Origin: Fimbriosthenelais zetlandica
Lineage: Eukaryota
Assembly: GCA_977030845.1 (NCBI GenBank)
Contig: OZ365109.1
Span: 60,202,001 to 60,266,000 of the forward strand
Length of the DNA: 64,000 bases
Reading direction: 5' to 3'
Each line of letters begins with the position of its first letter. Within the stretch, counting starts at the first letter, position 1. The notes below the pieces were generated by a model that ran no database searches, had not been told where the DNA came from, and saw nothing but the letters and a program-made list of their open reading frames with translations. A program made the translations under genes and the position numbers. This document shows, piece by piece, positions 61,862 to 64,000 of the stretch.

Positions 61862-63499
61862 CTGTATGTCACTAAGAATAGAGAAAATGGTAATTATCAA
61901 TATAAATCCAGTTTTCTCATGTAACAATAGCAAGATATTTAGGTACCTCCTTATAAAATGTTCCCTAAAGTTGGTGCTTTCGTTCTAAACAATAGGCTAA
62001 TTGATACCTTAATTCTAACCAACATTGGGAGGAAATGTACACATGTCTATCACACATCATAAAGATTCCATTATAGATTAAAGAAATAAAAAAGAAATAA
62101 TCTTCGATTCTTCAATGTGATTATCCCAAGTCCAAACTAACAATTTTGTCCCTTCTCTGTGACACAACTGTTGATAATATGTGACATTTTCTATGGACAA
62201 CGTGAACCAGTCCTGTAGATATGTGATTTGTTGTGTGAAAATATTAAAACATTTATATTATGTTGTACAATTCACAATAAATGGTTAAATGAGTATATAT
62301 TTATAAGTGCTCAGGGGAGAGAGCTGCAAGTGAACTACTGTATATTTTGCAAGACTCAGGGGCATAGGATAATTGACAATGTGACTTTTTCTTGGTCCTG
62401 CAATGTGTGCAAAAGGTATACCACCCCAGCCAGATTCCATGAGCTGTGAATGGAAATTTGCTTGTGACCTAACATTACACTACTATAAAATGATGTGAAA
62501 CATGAGGTGTCTACACTAAAAAGATTGGGCCTCGTTCGTTTCAGATTGAATCCTGGAGACCCACTCTCCTTGGTATAGACATCCACATGTATGTGATTTA
62601 TTTGTCCACAGATATGTGTATCCATCCTCAAGGGCACCAGAGGCCTATTGCAGAAAGGTGCACTATATTACCCCATTATATTTGATAAAGTAGAGCATCT
62701 TGGTATGGAATAGGCCCCTGACTATCCGGTGTAATACCTTTCACCAGATTCTAACCTTACCTTCAGCACCATTGATAGCCACCATTTCCGTCATATCTAC
62801 ACCTGGTATATTAAAATGATTTGATATCTACATGAAGAACACAACCCAATAAACTAATAATAATCGAAAATATATTACATTACAGGAAGAACATGCAACG
62901 ACGGACTCTCTTAATCACATAGATCTTAAATGTTAACAAAGTTTAAAGGCATTGAAAATGACACACGGGATATGACACACTATGTGAGCATCTAGTCATG
63001 CATCAACATGCATGTTGTTGTTAACTGCTTGTACACACTGTTATCATATCAGACTCATTATTATGCAAAATTATGAAGTTAAGTTACAACTCAATCCATA
63101 TCTTTCTCGACATCACTCACATCTTCAGTGTAACTTCTTTAAATAGAGCAATCACTGGGGTTATTACGCCTGATGGAAAGGTCTGGAGCCCATTTCAAAA
63201 AAAAATTAGCCATAGGCTTAGCATTGCTAATTTTTCTTTTGAAATAGGGCCCCGAATAGAAACTGGTCGAAGTGCAACCCGAGTCGTACGTATAACATTT
63301 AGGATCTAAATCTTGCTTGTAAGGGTCAAACTAGAGATAGAAGGGGGTCCATAATTTATAAATCAGTCTGACAGGAGAAAGGTGCTAGGGGACAATGATA
63401 AAGTTGTTATGCTGCCACTACTGTCGGTGTATGCAAGATAAATTGTCAAATGTGTATTTTGAGTAAAAGATTGGAGTTATGTATAATGCTAGGCAATGG

Positions 63500-63720
63500 T
63501 TGAAGATCTGGGATGGTAAGGTTATACAGCAAGTACTGTCTTGGTCATGGTCTCATATTCTATTGAAACTGGTACTTAGTGAACATCCCGTAACTGAGGG
63601 AGAAGATCCGGCCAGCAACAATGTTTGGCATGCCTCGAACGTGCTTATGTGATGATTTTGTTTTGGTCTAATCACCCATCTGGAACGCATGCACCTTCAG
63701 ATAAAGTCCAATGAAATGTT
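63500..63720 (-). mobile_element. Possible decayed retroelement RNase H fragment
   Basis: HVRGMPNIVAGRIFS (63599-63643) resembles the HxPGxxNxxADxLS motif. Surrounding frames are broken. Confidence 0.2.
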
Positions 63721-64000
63721 GATGGCAAATAATATGGACTTTCAATGTACCTGTTTTATCCCTCAGTCGCCAGAGGTCAGTATATAGGAATATGGGTGGC
63801 TAAATAAAGTAAATTTTAATGAAATACAGGACTATTAGGAGATGTGTCCTGTACATTATGTAATAAAAAAATCATGTGAATAATGGATGCATTAATACCT
63901 GTAAGAAGGTATTATATGGTGTGTATGCATTTAATTGAATACTACTGGAACAGATAATTCATAGAATTTATATTCAAATTGTCAACTACACGGAGGGACA

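Noticed and set aside
62762-62782. REST/NRSE-like TTCAGCACCATTGATAGCC
   Set aside because: The right half-site is mismatched, the site is far from Syt4, and REST may be absent in this lineage.
61944-62810. Candidate upstream exons (strong donor AAG|gtaagg at ~62760; 38-nt exon near 61945-61985)
   Set aside because: They can be joined in frame but give no signal peptide and have weak support. The 5' end is left unresolved.

Overview
AT-rich, intron-containing genomic DNA from an invertebrate animal; the exact taxon cannot be determined from sequence alone. There are no prokaryotic features and no CRISPR array. (1) A complete four-coding-exon synaptotagmin-4/11-family gene lies on the minus strand (CDS 36193->25909, 438 aa), with three perfect CRE palindromes in or upstream of it. 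(2) A Ty1/copia LTR retrotransposon occupies 41206-48115 on the minus strand. It has two apparently identical 183-bp LTRs, a 5-bp TSD (TAAGC), a half-tRNAiMet PBS and an intact gag-PR-IN frame. Its RT is split by a 3.18-kb unidentified insert, its catalytic motif reads RLDD, and RNase H is missing. (3) A ~3.7-kb nested palindromic repeat complex (51894-55625) carries five tRNA-like Pol III cassettes, plus one truncated copy just outside. (4) The 3' seven coding exons of a minus-strand type I membrane protein gene (61861->58176) encode an unknown beta-rich domain, a short collagen, three EGF-like repeats and a TM helix with tail; at least one intron is GC-AG. (5) Other content includes pogo/Tc1- and hAT-type MITEs, heavily decayed Gypsy and Penelope relics in the first 25 kb, microsatellites, two plus-strand promoter-like islands with orphan exons, and a strong window-wide excess of the octamer TAGGCCTA. 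All alignments, counts and identities were done by eye.
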